Sequence record: PV467749.1
Reading direction: 5' to 3' (one strand)
Length of the DNA stretch: 64,000 bases
Source: a phage
The notes below the pieces were generated by a model that was not told the origin of the DNA, ran no database searches, and saw nothing but the letters and a program-made list of their open reading frames with translations. A program made the translations under genes and the position numbers. How positions within the stretch are numbered: position 1 is the first letter of the stretch; the number at the start of each line of letters is the position of its first letter. This document shows, piece by piece, positions 1 to 8,908 of the stretch.

Positions 1-176
1 ATGTAATTATACACATTGGCTTCTTGATAGTTAGTTCCCAGTGTAGCTTGAACATAGATTTCATTTAACTTAATAATTTTATCAGTATCTGGTAGTTTTG
101 ATGTGTTAATGGCAAATAACTTCAAAAACAGTCCATTTAAGATTGTTAGGTATTCTTCGTCGGTAATGATTCGCAT
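1..176 (-). CDS. Family A small protein (LGTNYQ motif), 3' end truncated by window edge
   Basis: Manual minus-strand translation: MRIITDEEYLTILNGLFLK...ATLGTNYQEANVYNY; ATG at 174-176; same family as following genes. Confidence 0.45.
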   Translation of the reverse strand, partial: MRIITDEEYLTILNGLFLKLFAINTSKLPDTDKIIKLNEIYVQATLGTNYQEANVYNY

Positions 177-388
177 TTGCATTGGATAAACCTTTTTAGT
201 TCTTTGATGTAATCATTAATATTGCATTCTTGATAGTTAGTCCCTAGGGTAGCTTGAACATAGATTTCACTCATTAGAATATTTTTTTCTTCATCAGGTA
301 AATCTGTGGTCTTTGCTATATACAATTTTAGAATTAAACTACTTAATAGTTCGTGGTATTCACTTGGTGAAAGGATTTTCATTTGCAT
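146..388 (-). CDS. Family A small protein (LGTNYQ motif)
   Basis: Track ORF 80 aa; LGTNYQE motif; tandem overlapping array. Confidence 0.5.
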   Translation of the reverse strand: MQMKILSPSEYHELLSSLILKLYIAKTTDLPDEEKNILMSEIYVQATLGTNYQECNINDYIKELKRFIQCKCESLPTKNT

Positions 389-594
389 GTTCTCAGTACA
401 GATTCTTTAAGTTCATCGATGTAGTCCTCAACGAATTGCTCTTGGAAGTTAGTTCCAACATATAAAAGAACTCTTAAATCTGCTCTAAGTAACTCTTTTT
501 CATCATCATCTATATCAGACAATGTTATGTTTAAGAATTTACTTGTATTAAAGATTAACAATTCTGTTTGTTCACTGTGGCTTAAAATTTTCAT
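379..594 (-). CDS. Family A small protein
   Basis: Track ORF 71 aa; VGTNFQE motif. Confidence 0.5.
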   Translation of the reverse strand: MKILSHSEQTELLIFNTSKFLNITLSDIDDDEKELLRADLRVLLYVGTNFQEQFVEDYIDELKESVLRTCK

Positions 595-802
595 AATCTC
601 TTTTTGCTTTCCTCGCCAAAAGGTACATATACGATTCTTCGTATTGTGCTTGGTAGTTTGTGTTTAAGAGTCGAAACAACTTCTGTTCTGCTAGAACGAG
701 TTGCTTATCTTCATAACAACGATAGCGTATCAACTTTTTGTATTCGATGTTGATTACATCCATTACTATAAGCCCATGTTCATCATCTGTCAAGTGTTTC
801 AT
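572..802 (-). CDS. Family A small protein
   Basis: Track ORF 76 aa; LNTNYQA motif. Confidence 0.5.
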   Translation of the reverse strand: MKHLTDDEHGLIVMDVINIEYKKLIRYRCYEDKQLVLAEQKLFRLLNTNYQAQYEESYMYLLARKAKRDYENFKPQ

Positions 803-1041
803 GCATTTTTTCTTTTTCTTATATGTTTAGTTAAAAGGTATATTAGTTTTCTGATGTATTCTTCTTGGTAGTTTGTTCCTAGGAGTGCAAGAAGCTTTGC
901 TTCAACTAGAGCTAATTGACGTTCTTCAAATGTGTGTTCCAGTATGTACTTTGGGTTTGATTTTTTAGAAATTGCACTATTAGTTTTCATTACAATCTTA
1001 TGATATTCATTAACTGTTAGGATTTTTAAATTCTTGAGCAT
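799..1041 (-). CDS. Family A small protein
   Basis: Track ORF 80 aa; LGTNYQEE motif. Confidence 0.5.
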   Translation of the reverse strand: MLKNLKILTVNEYHKIVMKTNSAISKKSNPKYILEHTFEERQLALVEAKLLALLGTNYQEEYIRKLIYLLTKHIRKRKNA

Positions 1042-1267
1042 GTACCTTTTCCTTTATAGAGAATTTAAGATATCGAAGCATACTTTCAATGTAATACTCT
1101 TGTCTGTCAGTTCCAAGAAAGTACATGAGTTGAATGTATAAAACTTCTGCACTCCTTTCGGCAGGTGACTTGTTTGTGTCGTTTGGAAGTTGATTTGTAA
1201 GTTTTCTGGATTTAATTAATCGTTCTTTTAACTCATCGTCTGTTAAGTATTTCATTTCATTTTGCAT
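1010..1267 (-). CDS. Family A small protein (LGTDRQ variant)
   Basis: Track ORF 85 aa; near-identical to the 1477 copy. Confidence 0.5.
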   Translation of the reverse strand: MQNEMKYLTDDELKERLIKSRKLTNQLPNDTNKSPAERSAEVLYIQLMYFLGTDRQEYYIESMLRYLKFSIKEKVHAQEFKNPNS

Positions 1268-1487
1268 TTACTTTTTCCATAATACTCATTACAAGATGTT
1301 CAATCATATTTTGAACCATAAATTCTTGTTTATCAGTTCCAAGAACGTATTGTAGCTTCTGAAACAATACATTCGCAGACATTTCATATATTGATTGATT
1401 TGGAACGAACTTAAGAGTAATGTTATTGGCTTTTAACATCTTCTCTTGAAATTCTTCATTCGTTAAGTATATCATTTCACTTTGCAT
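1257..1487 (-). CDS. Family A small protein (LGTDKQ variant)
   Basis: Track ORF 76 aa. Confidence 0.5.
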   Translation of the reverse strand: MQSEMIYLTNEEFQEKMLKANNITLKFVPNQSIYEMSANVLFQKLQYVLGTDKQEFMVQNMIEHLVMSIMEKVNAK

Positions 1488-1713
1488 TTATTTTTTCCAT
1501 AATAGTGATTTTAAGATATTTAATTATACGTTCAACGTGATACTCTTGCCTATCAGTTCCAAGAAGGTATGGTAATGACTGGAATAAAACTTCTGCACTC
1601 CTTTCCGCTGGGGTTTGGTTTGGGTTGTGTGGAAGATATTTTGTAAGTTTTTTGGATTTATCTAGTCTTTCTGTTAACTCATCATGTGTTAAGTATATCA
1701 TTTCATTTTGCAT
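1477..1713 (-). CDS. Family A small protein (LGTDRQ variant)
   Basis: Track ORF 78 aa; MQNEMIYLT N-terminus shared with neighbours. Confidence 0.5.
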   Translation of the reverse strand: MQNEMIYLTHDELTERLDKSKKLTKYLPHNPNQTPAERSAEVLFQSLPYLLGTDRQEYHVERIIKYLKITIMEKINAK

Positions 1714-1940
1714 TTAATGTTCCTTACGTAAATTGTCTGGATTAAAAGTGAAATCCATTTTTCTACATATTGGTTTTGATACTGTGTACCTAAGAGGAAC
1801 TGCATTTTAAACTCTGCTTCAAGTTCATATCTCTTTTCTATAGAAAAGCTTAAATGACCATATTCCTTATCGTATCGTCTCATAGCTTCCCCAATTCTAT
1901 CAAATCTTTCTGCTAATCTGATGTTATTCACAATATTCAT
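1698..1940 (-). CDS. Family A small protein (LGTQYQ variant)
   Basis: Track ORF 80 aa. Confidence 0.45.
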   Translation of the reverse strand: MNIVNNIRLAERFDRIGEAMRRYDKEYGHLSFSIEKRYELEAEFKMQFLLGTQYQNQYVEKWISLLIQTIYVRNIKCKMK

Positions 1941-2194
1941 CGATCAGTACACCTCAGTGGTTGGGTCATTTGATAAAAGTACAGCTTACCTTTGATTTCC
2001 AATAGTAACTCCGCGATTAAGCGATTTACTTCTGGCTCTTGATAGTTTGTTCCTAAGAATACACCCATCTTTAACTCACGCATCATAATCATTTTCTTAC
2101 TGTGTTGAATTTCTGGGTTGTGATAGATTGTATTACGTTTGTGTGTAATTTTTGTCATACGCTCGGTATATTCATCTTTACTTAAATTGATCAT
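1937..2194 (-). CDS. Family A small protein
   Basis: Track ORF 85 aa; LGTNYQEP. Confidence 0.5.
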   Translation of the reverse strand: MINLSKDEYTERMTKITHKRNTIYHNPEIQHSKKMIMMRELKMGVFLGTNYQEPEVNRLIAELLLEIKGKLYFYQMTQPLRCTDR

Positions 2195-2427
2195 TTTTTA
2201 TTCTCCAAAGCATCGCATTTATTTTCGATACAATTCATTAGTTCTCTAAGATAGTTTTTTACCTTACCTGCCTGATAGTTCGTCCCCAGGAAGTTGCATA
2301 ACTCTGCTTCTATTATTTTGATTCTTCTGTTATCAGGTTTCAATTTTTTGTTATTGAAGATTTGAATCCTTATATCCCTTGATGCATTTAAACGTTTTTG
2401 ATAATCATGGTAAGATAAATGAATCAT
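2191..2427 (-). CDS. Family A small protein
   Basis: Track ORF 78 aa; LGTNYQAG. Confidence 0.5.
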   Translation of the reverse strand: MIHLSYHDYQKRLNASRDIRIQIFNNKKLKPDNRRIKIIEAELCNFLGTNYQAGKVKNYLRELMNCIENKCDALENKK

Positions 2428-2642
2428 TTACTTTGTATCTCTCTCTTGAGGGCATCAATTAACAACAGTACAGCATTCTCTTGATAGTTTGTTCCTAAGA
2501 CTGAAAGCATCTTAATCTCATTTACTACAATCAACTTCTTTGAGCGTTCAATAATGTTACTATTATAAACGGCGTTACGTGCTGGATAAGTTTTTGCAAG
2601 ACGATCATAATATTCATCTTTACTTAAATTAATCATTTGCAT
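2424..2642 (-). CDS. Family A small protein
   Basis: Track ORF 72 aa; LGTNYQEN. Confidence 0.5.
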   Translation of the reverse strand: MQMINLSKDEYYDRLAKTYPARNAVYNSNIIERSKKLIVVNEIKMLSVLGTNYQENAVLLLIDALKREIQSK

Positions 2643-2851
2643 TTACTTTTGACCTCTTTCAGTAGAGCATCAACCCATATGTCTACATACATTTGTTGAT
2701 AGTTTGTGTCTAATAGTGCACCTACATATAGTTCAGCTACCATTGCGTGCTTTAGGTCAACAGGGATGCTCTTATCAGATTGAATCTTTACCCTTCTGCT
2801 TCCACATGTTTTCAGAAGCTTAACATATTCGTAACCTATTAATTTTCTCAT
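2633..2851 (-). CDS. Family A small protein
   Basis: Track ORF 72 aa; LDTNYQQM. Confidence 0.5.
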   Translation of the reverse strand: MRKLIGYEYVKLLKTCGSRRVKIQSDKSIPVDLKHAMVAELYVGALLDTNYQQMYVDIWVDALLKEVKSKCK

Positions 2852-3063
2852 TCTCTGGATAACACCTTGTTGCGTAAGGCACTTAACAATACGTCAGTGT
2901 AGATGTTTTGATAGTTTGTTCCTACGAAAGCACCCAACTTCATTTCAGCTATTATAACACATTTGTCCTCTTGTGCAATAGACTTGTCTAAAGAAATACT
3001 AACAACTTTCCTTCTTATAGCTTGTAACCTCCAATGATACTGAAACTCATTTAGTGTTATCAT
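2848..3063 (-). CDS. Family A small protein
   Basis: Track ORF 71 aa; VGTNYQNI. Confidence 0.5.
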   Translation of the reverse strand: MITLNEFQYHWRLQAIRRKVVSISLDKSIAQEDKCVIIAEMKLGAFVGTNYQNIYTDVLLSALRNKVLSRE

Positions 3064-3298
3064 TATCTCGTCTCCATATCTCGGTTCTAATGTGTTGACA
3101 TTGTGCTTCGATGAACATATCTATTGATTTGGCAATTGCGTTTTTATCTGTGCCAGTCATCAGTACAAGCATCTCGGCCTCACAGTGAAGTAAACGCATG
3201 ATATCATAGGGTAATATTCCAGATACCGTGTCATAGTGTTTCTGTGCCAGTGTCTGTAATAGTTTACAATACATTTTGTGATTTAGTCTGTGTCGCAT
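3047..3298 (-). CDS. Family A-like small protein (divergent, TGTDKN)
   Basis: Track ORF 83 aa; position and size fit the array, motif degenerate. Confidence 0.4.
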   Translation of the reverse strand: MRHRLNHKMYCKLLQTLAQKHYDTVSGILPYDIMRLLHCEAEMLVLMTGTDKNAIAKSIDMFIEAQCQHIRTEIWRRDNDNTK

Positions 3299-3558
3299 TG
3301 TTTATTCCATTCTTTTTTTTTGGCCTTGATGGTTTTATATTGGATTTGGTTTCTTAATGCTGATAAGTATCGTTGAATGAACAGATCTTGATAGTTTGTT
3401 CCAATGAATTTCATAAGATAAAGTTCACCGTTGATAACATCCACTTCAGGTGCACCATATAAGGCATTGTTTTTTCTAAGGGCATGGATTAAAGAGAATA
3501 GGGCAGTTTGATACTCAACTCCTGATAAAATCTTCATGTTTTGTGAGCAAATAATCAT
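3283..3558 (-). CDS. Family A small protein
   Basis: Track ORF 91 aa; IGTNYQDL. Confidence 0.5.
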   Translation of the reverse strand: MIICSQNMKILSGVEYQTALFSLIHALRKNNALYGAPEVDVINGELYLMKFIGTNYQDLFIQRYLSALRNQIQYKTIKAKKKEWNKQCDTD

Positions 3559-3772
3559 CTAGTTTATCCTGTATAACATTCGTTAATTGTTCGATATATT
3601 CTGTGCAAAACTTATCTTGATATTGAGTCCCCATAAAGTACAGCAACCATAGCTCATTAACTTTAGCTCGCATTTGGTTCCATGTAAGGCTGGGGTCATC
3701 GTAGACTATCCTTGCTATAGGGGTTAGTTTACGGACTATAGTTTCATATTCATCTAGTGTTAAGTGTTTCAT
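3515..3772 (-). CDS. Family A small protein
   Basis: Track ORF 85 aa; MGTQYQDK. Confidence 0.5.
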   Translation of the reverse strand: MKHLTLDEYETIVRKLTPIARIVYDDPSLTWNQMRAKVNELWLLYFMGTQYQDKFCTEYIEQLTNVIQDKLDDYLLTKHEDFIRS

Positions 3773-3987
3773 TTACATTTGTCCCTTATTAGATCAGTGA
3801 GGGCAACTATGTGTGCAACAACATACTCTTCCTGAAAGTTCGTCCCCAGTACAGCCATCATGCGTATATCGGTGGTGTTTATCCTGTGTTCCCTTACACA
3901 TAAACCTTCTGTGTGAGGAAGTGTAAAATATTTGTTTATTGCAGCAACGATAATTTTATTCTTCTCGGAGTTACTTAAATGTTTCAT
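3769..3987 (-). CDS. Family A small protein
   Basis: Track ORF 72 aa; LGTNFQEE. Confidence 0.5.
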   Translation of the reverse strand: MKHLSNSEKNKIIVAAINKYFTLPHTEGLCVREHRINTTDIRMMAVLGTNFQEEYVVAHIVALTDLIRDKCK

Positions 3988-4196
3988 AGTTTACTCCTGA
4001 TATAATTCTGAAGTGCAATTAAGTATTCCCCTACATAATACACCTGAAAGTCTGTATCAAGGAATGCACCCATAAGTAAATCTTTTTCTAATACCCTTGA
4101 TAAGTTAAGGTCTGCATTTGAAAGGTATATAAGTAAGATTTCACCCTGTGCGGAATTGAAACGTTTCTTATATTCTTCTGGTGTTAAAAAAATCAT
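3984..4196 (-). CDS. Family A small protein
   Basis: Track ORF 70 aa; LDTDFQVY. Confidence 0.5.
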   Translation of the reverse strand: MIFLTPEEYKKRFNSAQGEILLIYLSNADLNLSRVLEKDLLMGAFLDTDFQVYYVGEYLIALQNYIRSKL

Positions 4197-4408
4197 AATT
4201 TGCTCCTGATATATTTCTCAAGAGATGACAAATACTTTTCCTCATAATACTTCTGATAGTCTGTTCCTAAGAATGCACCCAAAAGTATTTCATTTTCCAA
4301 TACCTCGGCTAAGTTTAAATCAGAAGTCTCTTCGTATATTATGAGGATTTCAAGTTGTCTGGCAGCGATGCGTTCAGTATATTGATATGAGTTTTCTATA
4401 ATAATCAT
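4193..4408 (-). CDS. Family A small protein
   Basis: Track ORF 71 aa; LGTDYQKY; close paralog of the 3984 copy. Confidence 0.5.
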   Translation of the reverse strand: MIIIENSYQYTERIAARQLEILIIYEETSDLNLAEVLENEILLGAFLGTDYQKYYEEKYLSSLEKYIRSKL

Positions 4409-4614
4409 AATTTACTCTTTATATCTTGAATTAAAAATCGAATCCATTCTTCAACATAATCTTCCTGATGGTTTGTGTTCAGTACAGCCAACATGCGGAT
4501 CTCTGCTCTTGCAACTTCAATTTCAGTTTTAGGAAGGTCTTTGCTGATATCCACCATTAAGTCCATGTATTTCAAGATAAGACCGTATGATTGGGTTCGT
4601 GTTATAGTTTTCAT
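4405..4614 (-). CDS. Family A small protein
   Basis: Track ORF 69 aa; LNTNHQED. Confidence 0.5.
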   Translation of the reverse strand: MKTITRTQSYGLILKYMDLMVDISKDLPKTEIEVARAEIRMLAVLNTNHQEDYVEEWIRFLIQDIKSKL

Positions 4615-4811
4615 TGTTTCCTCGTGGACAATATTTTATTTTTCAATGTATCCATATATTGAATCACCCATCTTTCCTGATAGTTAGTTCCCAAAGTAAT
4701 CAAAAGGTATAACTCCATTCGTTCTACGTGTGTGTCTGTATTATAAATCTTTGTGAAGTTTTTACGTAACAGTTCTTGATAATCTTCTTTATTTAAAATA
4801 CGCATTTTCAT
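4611..4811 (-). CDS. Family A small protein
   Basis: Track ORF 66 aa; LGTNYQER. Confidence 0.5.
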   Translation of the reverse strand: MKMRILNKEDYQELLRKNFTKIYNTDTHVERMELYLLITLGTNYQERWVIQYMDTLKNKILSTRKQ

Positions 4812-5005
4812 AGTCTACCTTTTATGTCCCTTCGTAATTCTTGTAAGTATAGTTCGATATACTTTTCTTGATAGTTAGTTCCTATGAAAAGTTTCATAAC
4901 CAATTCACGCTTATATGCAATACCACGGATATGTGACATATGTAGGATATATGCCATGTTGGATATGAGTGTGTGGTTGTGCTCTTCTTGAGTTAAAATA
5001 CGCAT
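4808..5005 (-). CDS. Family A small protein (first gene of array)
   Basis: Track ORF 65 aa; IGTNYQEK; preceded on minus strand by TTGACT-N16-TATATT and GGAG RBS (~5012-5075). Confidence 0.5.
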   Translation of the reverse strand: MRILTQEEHNHTLISNMAYILHMSHIRGIAYKRELVMKLFIGTNYQEKYIELYLQELRRDIKGRL

Positions 5006-5034
5006 AGGGACTCCATTAAAAATAATATCAATCC

Positions 5035-5075
5035 AATAATATACGATTCATATAAAAAGTCAATAACATTTTATA
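5035..5075 (-). promoter_or_regulatory. Candidate sigma70-like promoter driving the family A array
   Basis: Minus strand reads TTGACT-16nt-TATATT then GGAG and the ATG at 5005. Confidence 0.4.
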
Positions 5076-5254
5076 AGTAATACCCCTTTATCGAAGTCGC
5101 TAAGGTTACCCGCCCTTTAGCCCCCTACGCATTTTGCCATAGTCCAATCCCTTTTTATTCATAAAAGTCAAGGGATTACCTATGCATTTTTTTAACGCTG
5201 AAGTTTAAAAATGCCTTGACTTTTTTATGATTCAGTACTAAATCCTTTTACGCA

Positions 5255-5464
5255 TTAATCCTTCGTTACGCTTACGATTATCTGTGTATCCCCATAGTCC
5301 TGCCATACTTCCACGCCAGCCGTCGCCCTGGTTAGTCGTGCTGTCATCTGCTTAATGGTCTTAGGCTTTAGTGGAACCTGTTGCAGTACTGTACGCATAG
5401 CACTATCGACGTTATCATGTACGCCTGCAATAGTGCCTAGGACGCTGTATACTGTATAGAACAT
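5255..5464 (-). CDS. Hypothetical protein
   Basis: Track ORF 69 aa; GGAGGG RBS before ATG; GC-rich hairpin AGGCCGC/GCGGCCT upstream at ~5496-5516. Confidence 0.45.
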   Translation of the reverse strand: MFYTVYSVLGTIAGVHDNVDSAMRTVLQQVPLKPKTIKQMTARLTRATAGVEVWQDYGDTQIIVSVTKD

Positions 5465-5532
5465 ATGTATGCCCTCCTGATATAGTTAAGGCCGCTACAA
5501 GGCGGCCTATGATGTTTGGTGATGTGTAACGC

Positions 5533-5934
5533 TTACAGTCCTAAGATAGTGCGTGCTTCGTTACGTTCCGTACACAGCTGCATGATGTGAGCAAGTAAGT
5601 CCTTGCTAATGTATCCGGTGTTCATAGCTTCACGAATAGATACATCATAAGCACCGAACCCAGTGCGAACGATACGCACATCATTCAGGTTAGTATTATA
5701 GATACCGCCGAGATCAACGGCTTCGAATACTACATCAACAGAATATTCATTGTTGCCATCGTGGAAGTTTTCCAGTGCAATAGTATTGGAAACCGCCCAA
5801 CGTTTGCAGTTTCCAATGATGCGGCACTGTTCCGGTTGGATAGTGCCATTACTTACAGCGTACTCCAGTGCATCTTTACCAAAAGTCCGAGCCAGTACTA
5901 AAACGTCAGCGAAGGAAGTGATTGAGAAGGTCAT
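5533..5934 (-). CDS. Hypothetical protein
   Basis: Track ORF trimmed to MTFSITSF behind AAGGAG RBS; upstream track residues translate the promoter/hairpin. Confidence 0.55.
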   Translation of the reverse strand: MTFSITSFADVLVLARTFGKDALEYAVSNGTIQPEQCRIIGNCKRWAVSNTIALENFHDGNNEYSVDVVFEAVDLGGIYNTNLNDVRIVRTGFGAYDVSIREAMNTGYISKDLLAHIMQLCTERNEARTILGL

Positions 5935-6023
5935 GATAAAACTCCTTAATTTAGGAGGGAGAACCATTTCCCCCTCTCTATGTAAAACATTATACATGAA
6001 TCTAAGTACTATGCAAGTACTTT

Positions 6024-6356
6024 TTACATTTTGATACCTGGATTCAGGTAGCGGTGAGATCCATACTCTGGATCGGTTTCGGTCCAGTACTGTAAATCGA
6101 TAGTACCTTTCGCGTTAATCTTGTCTACCAGCTTATTCATCTTAGCGTATACTACATCAGCATCGATGCGTTTAAAGCCAGTGGCTTTAGTGAAGTAGTA
6201 GTGATTTGCTTCACTATCATTCAGGATGTACCGAGAACCGTTTGCCGTTTGTGCGATAATGATTGAGTATTCTACGTTACGGTCGAGGCCGTCGATGAAT
6301 ACAGAGGAAACATTAGTACGGATGAATGCTTTAACGATAGCGATTGAAGTAGTCAT
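6024..6356 (-). CDS. Hypothetical protein
   Basis: Track ORF 110 aa. Confidence 0.5.
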   Translation of the reverse strand: MTTSIAIVKAFIRTNVSSVFIDGLDRNVEYSIIIAQTANGSRYILNDSEANHYYFTKATGFKRIDADVVYAKMNKLVDKINAKGTIDLQYWTETDPEYGSHRYLNPGIKM

Positions 6357-6557
6357 TTTGAATCTCCTAACTTTGTGGGCCGTCGCACCATTGCCGCCCT
6401 ACGAGATACATTATCGCAGTACTGATATACTTTGTCAATACTTTTTTATTAATAGTTTTCACCCCACCAGCAGATAGTTACTCACCGTTATTAACTATAT
6501 ATTTTGGATACACCTATGCACCCTGTGGGCTAGTTTTTGTCTATGCGTATATAATAG

Positions 6558-6590
6558 CAAAGGGACTGACCGGAGTCAATCCCTTTTTTT
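6558..6590 (-). terminator. Rho-independent terminator (UCCG loop) with embedded -35
   Basis: AAAGGGACTGAC-CGGA-GTCAATCCC flanked by A-run and T-run; on minus the stem carries TTGACT followed by TATTAT. Confidence 0.55.
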
Positions 6591-6601
6591 ATTCTTTTTT
6601 G

Positions 6602-6802
6602 TTAGATGATTCTCCAATCATCAACGATCATGGTAAGATACCGAACCAGTGATTCGAGTGATTCGTGTTCTCGATAGTCTGCCGCTCCACCAGCGGTACA
6701 AGTACAGCCGATTAAGCCGTTTTGTAGTTCCTGGATCTTTACGTCGATCTGGTTGGCTTTAGCTTCTTTCAGTACTGCAACCAGGGCGATAGCGATAGAC
6801 AT
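6602..6802 (-). CDS. Hypothetical protein
   Basis: Track ORF 66 aa; upstream promoter/leader hairpin module. Confidence 0.45.
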   Translation of the reverse strand: MSIAIALVAVLKEAKANQIDVKIQELQNGLIGCTCTAGGAADYREHESLESLVRYLTMIVDDWRII

Positions 6803-6892
6803 AATGTTTTACTCCAAACTATTGGCGGGAGAACTATTCCCCCGCTCTATGTAAAACATTATACATTACTGGTTAGTACTGTCAAATAGTTT

Positions 6893-7150
6893 TTATGAAA
6901 TATCTTCGATGTAGTCGGCCCATTTCATTTTTTCAGTACTGTCAATGGCGACCGGATTATTTGGATCAAACCATTCACCATCACCGCAATACATACCCAC
7001 GGCTACGGTTTTATAGCCATCCTGGGCAGTACACCACGACATTGCACGATAGATATGGCCTTTAACTGGTTGCAGTACTGGTAACGTTTTATGGTCTTCT
7101 ACGTAGGCCATAGCTTGTGGATTTACCCGATATTGTGTGAACTGATCCAT
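6893..7150 (-). CDS. Hypothetical protein
   Basis: Track ORF 85 aa. Confidence 0.5.
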   Translation of the reverse strand: MDQFTQYRVNPQAMAYVEDHKTLPVLQPVKGHIYRAMSWCTAQDGYKTVAVGMYCGDGEWFDPNNPVAIDSTEKMKWADYIEDIS

Positions 7151-7226
7151 TATGTTTCCCCTTGTAGTTAGTAAAGTTATTACATCAGTACTATCAAGCT
7201 ATGTCAATAGTACTGAAATAAAACTT

Positions 7227-7451
7227 TTAGATTAGATTATTGAGGCCGTCAATGGTAGACTCACCTTCTTCTTTCTCCCATTGTCGGTAGTACTTCCATG
7301 CTTCATGATAGGTGGCGATTAGTTCATCTTTTTGATCCTGGTTACATGCCAGTACTGAATCACGGTGAGCGGTGTTATAGATAGAATCGAATGATTTCTT
7401 CTCTTCTGCCAGGTTAGCTACTTCCCGCATCAGTTCATCAAAGTTAGCCAT
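7227..7451 (-). CDS. Hypothetical protein
   Basis: Track ORF 74 aa; AAGGAG RBS; promoter TTGCAT-17-TATAAT plus leader hairpin at 7470-7526. Confidence 0.55.
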   Translation of the reverse strand: MANFDELMREVANLAEEKKSFDSIYNTAHRDSVLACNQDQKDELIATYHEAWKYYRQWEKEEGESTIDGLNNLI

Positions 7452-7469
7452 TTTATTACTCCTTTTAGT

Positions 7470-7526
7470 GGGGGAGGATATCTCCCCCTATGCAAAACAT
7501 TATACTTTGTTTTAGTTATTATGCAA
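7470..7526 (-). promoter_or_regulatory. Early-type promoter plus 5' leader hairpin (representative of ~30 copies)
   Basis: Minus strand: TTGCAT-17nt-TATAAT, gttttgcata, hairpin GGGGGAG/CTCCCCC, then AAGGAG RBS. Confidence 0.6.
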
Positions 7527-7782
7527 GTACTTTTTTCATATAAACATTAAATTCTACACCGCCGTAACCTTCCACGATGATATGTTTTGCGTTATCACGT
7601 TTGCACATAGTGAAACCGTTGTTGATGTGTTCTGAATTTTCCAGGGCGACATCACCGATAGCGGCACATACAGCACTAATAACAGTATTCCGCAAAGTAC
7701 TGGTATCATTGGCGGTCATAGTAGTTTGCAGTACTACGTTGTCGTATACGTGTGCATTGATAGTGATTTCGATAGTGTTCAT
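7519..7782 (-). CDS. Hypothetical protein
   Basis: Track ORF trimmed to MNTIEITINA; promoter/leader module at 7801-7862. Confidence 0.5.
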   Translation of the reverse strand: MNTIEITINAHVYDNVVLQTTMTANDTSTLRNTVISAVCAAIGDVALENSEHINNGFTMCKRDNAKHIIVEGYGGVEFNVYMKKVLA

Positions 7783-7800
7783 GTTGTATCTCCTGGACTT

Positions 7801-7862
7801 GAGGGGAAACCATTTCCCCCTCTCGATATAAAACATTATACGTTAATCTAACTACAATGCAA
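7801..7862 (-). promoter_or_regulatory. Early-type promoter plus 5' leader hairpin
   Basis: Minus strand: TTGCAT-16nt-TATAAT then hairpin GAGGGG/CCCCTC; plus-strand signature gatataaaacattatacg. Confidence 0.6.
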
Positions 7863-7869
7863 GTACTTT

Positions 7870-8061
7870 TTAAATTTTATTTCCGATATAGTCCGGCATG
7901 TTCTTTTCAGTCATACGCTTTGCTAATGTCTGCATATGGCTTATAGCGTTCAAGGTGTCTTCCTCCAGGGATGAATCGAGATAATCAGGATCATTCTTCA
8001 CCTTGCAATGATTATGATAGCGTAGTACTGCCAGTACTTTTTTAACTTCTTCAACTGTCAT
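7870..8061 (-). CDS. Hypothetical protein
   Basis: Track ORF 63 aa. Confidence 0.45.
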   Translation of the reverse strand: MTVEEVKKVLAVLRYHNHCKVKNDPDYLDSSLEEDTLNAISHMQTLAKRMTEKNMPDYIGNKI

Positions 8062-8330
8062 AATAAGTACTCCACTTCGTTAGCTTTCAGGTTAGTATCA
8101 ATCATCAATGGTTTTTTGTAGTTCACAAAACGATTAGTTTTTTCGATAGCAAATCCCATATAATCCAGCTTACTAACAGTACATTCATTCTTAAAAACTT
8201 CTTTCGCTGCATCGATGGCTGATTGCATGGATAACCGACCATCTAAATTAATGTTTCCAAATGATCCACCAGCAGAAGTAGGATTACCGTTCATATCTTT
8301 AATGATCATAGTAGCGGAGTAGCTGGACAT
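8058..8330 (-). CDS. Hypothetical protein
   Basis: Track ORF 90 aa; start overlaps stop of 7870..8061 gene. Confidence 0.5.
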   Translation of the reverse strand: MSSYSATMIIKDMNGNPTSAGGSFGNINLDGRLSMQSAIDAAKEVFKNECTVSKLDYMGFAIEKTNRFVNYKKPLMIDTNLKANEVEYLL

Positions 8331-8417
8331 AATTTTGTTTCCTTTTATTGGTGGGGAGAACTATTCTCCCCTTGATGTAAACTATTATACAGTACTGATA
8401 TACTTTGTCAAATACTT

Positions 8418-8825
8418 TTATTCGCCCATATAGATTAGATTATCATCGCCTACATAGGGATCGCAAACGTTGATTTCTTCGCAGTACTTAGTGAATATAT
8501 CATCATAGTGACCGATATCACGATCCCAAAAACCAGTGCCGTGACCTTCGCGAGTAAGAAAGAGATCATGACCTGCATGACTATAAGTATAATCAGGATT
8601 ATGGTGTTTTTGTACTGTTTCCATATCTTCACCATGTACAGCAAGGAAACGTGAACATGCAATCACTGCCGCTTGATGGGCTTGCTCTGATAATTCATAA
8701 TCTTCCAGGTATTCGCCGTTCTCATTGTGTACTGTACTGAATTGCATAGCTTCAATGTAACCAGCGACCATTGCAGCATGATTTTTATCGTTGGCGATGG
8801 ACCGAGCTTGATTAGTAGTAGTCAT
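8418..8825 (-). CDS. Hypothetical protein (His/Asp-rich)
   Basis: Track ORF 135 aa. Confidence 0.5.
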   Translation of the reverse strand: MTTTNQARSIANDKNHAAMVAGYIEAMQFSTVHNENGEYLEDYELSEQAHQAAVIACSRFLAVHGEDMETVQKHHNPDYTYSHAGHDLFLTREGHGTGFWDRDIGHYDDIFTKYCEEINVCDPYVGDDNLIYMGE

Positions 8826-8908
8826 GATTTTATTCCTTTTAGTATCGGGGAGAACTATTCTCCCCTTGATGTAAACTATTATACAGTACTGGTATACTTT
8901 GTCAATAC

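Noticed and set aside
1-5005. Regularly spaced repeat arrays (families A and B) as possible CRISPR arrays
   Set aside because: Units are 200-260 bp protein-coding genes with diverged sequence, not 25-40 bp identical repeats with unique spacers; no cas genes present.
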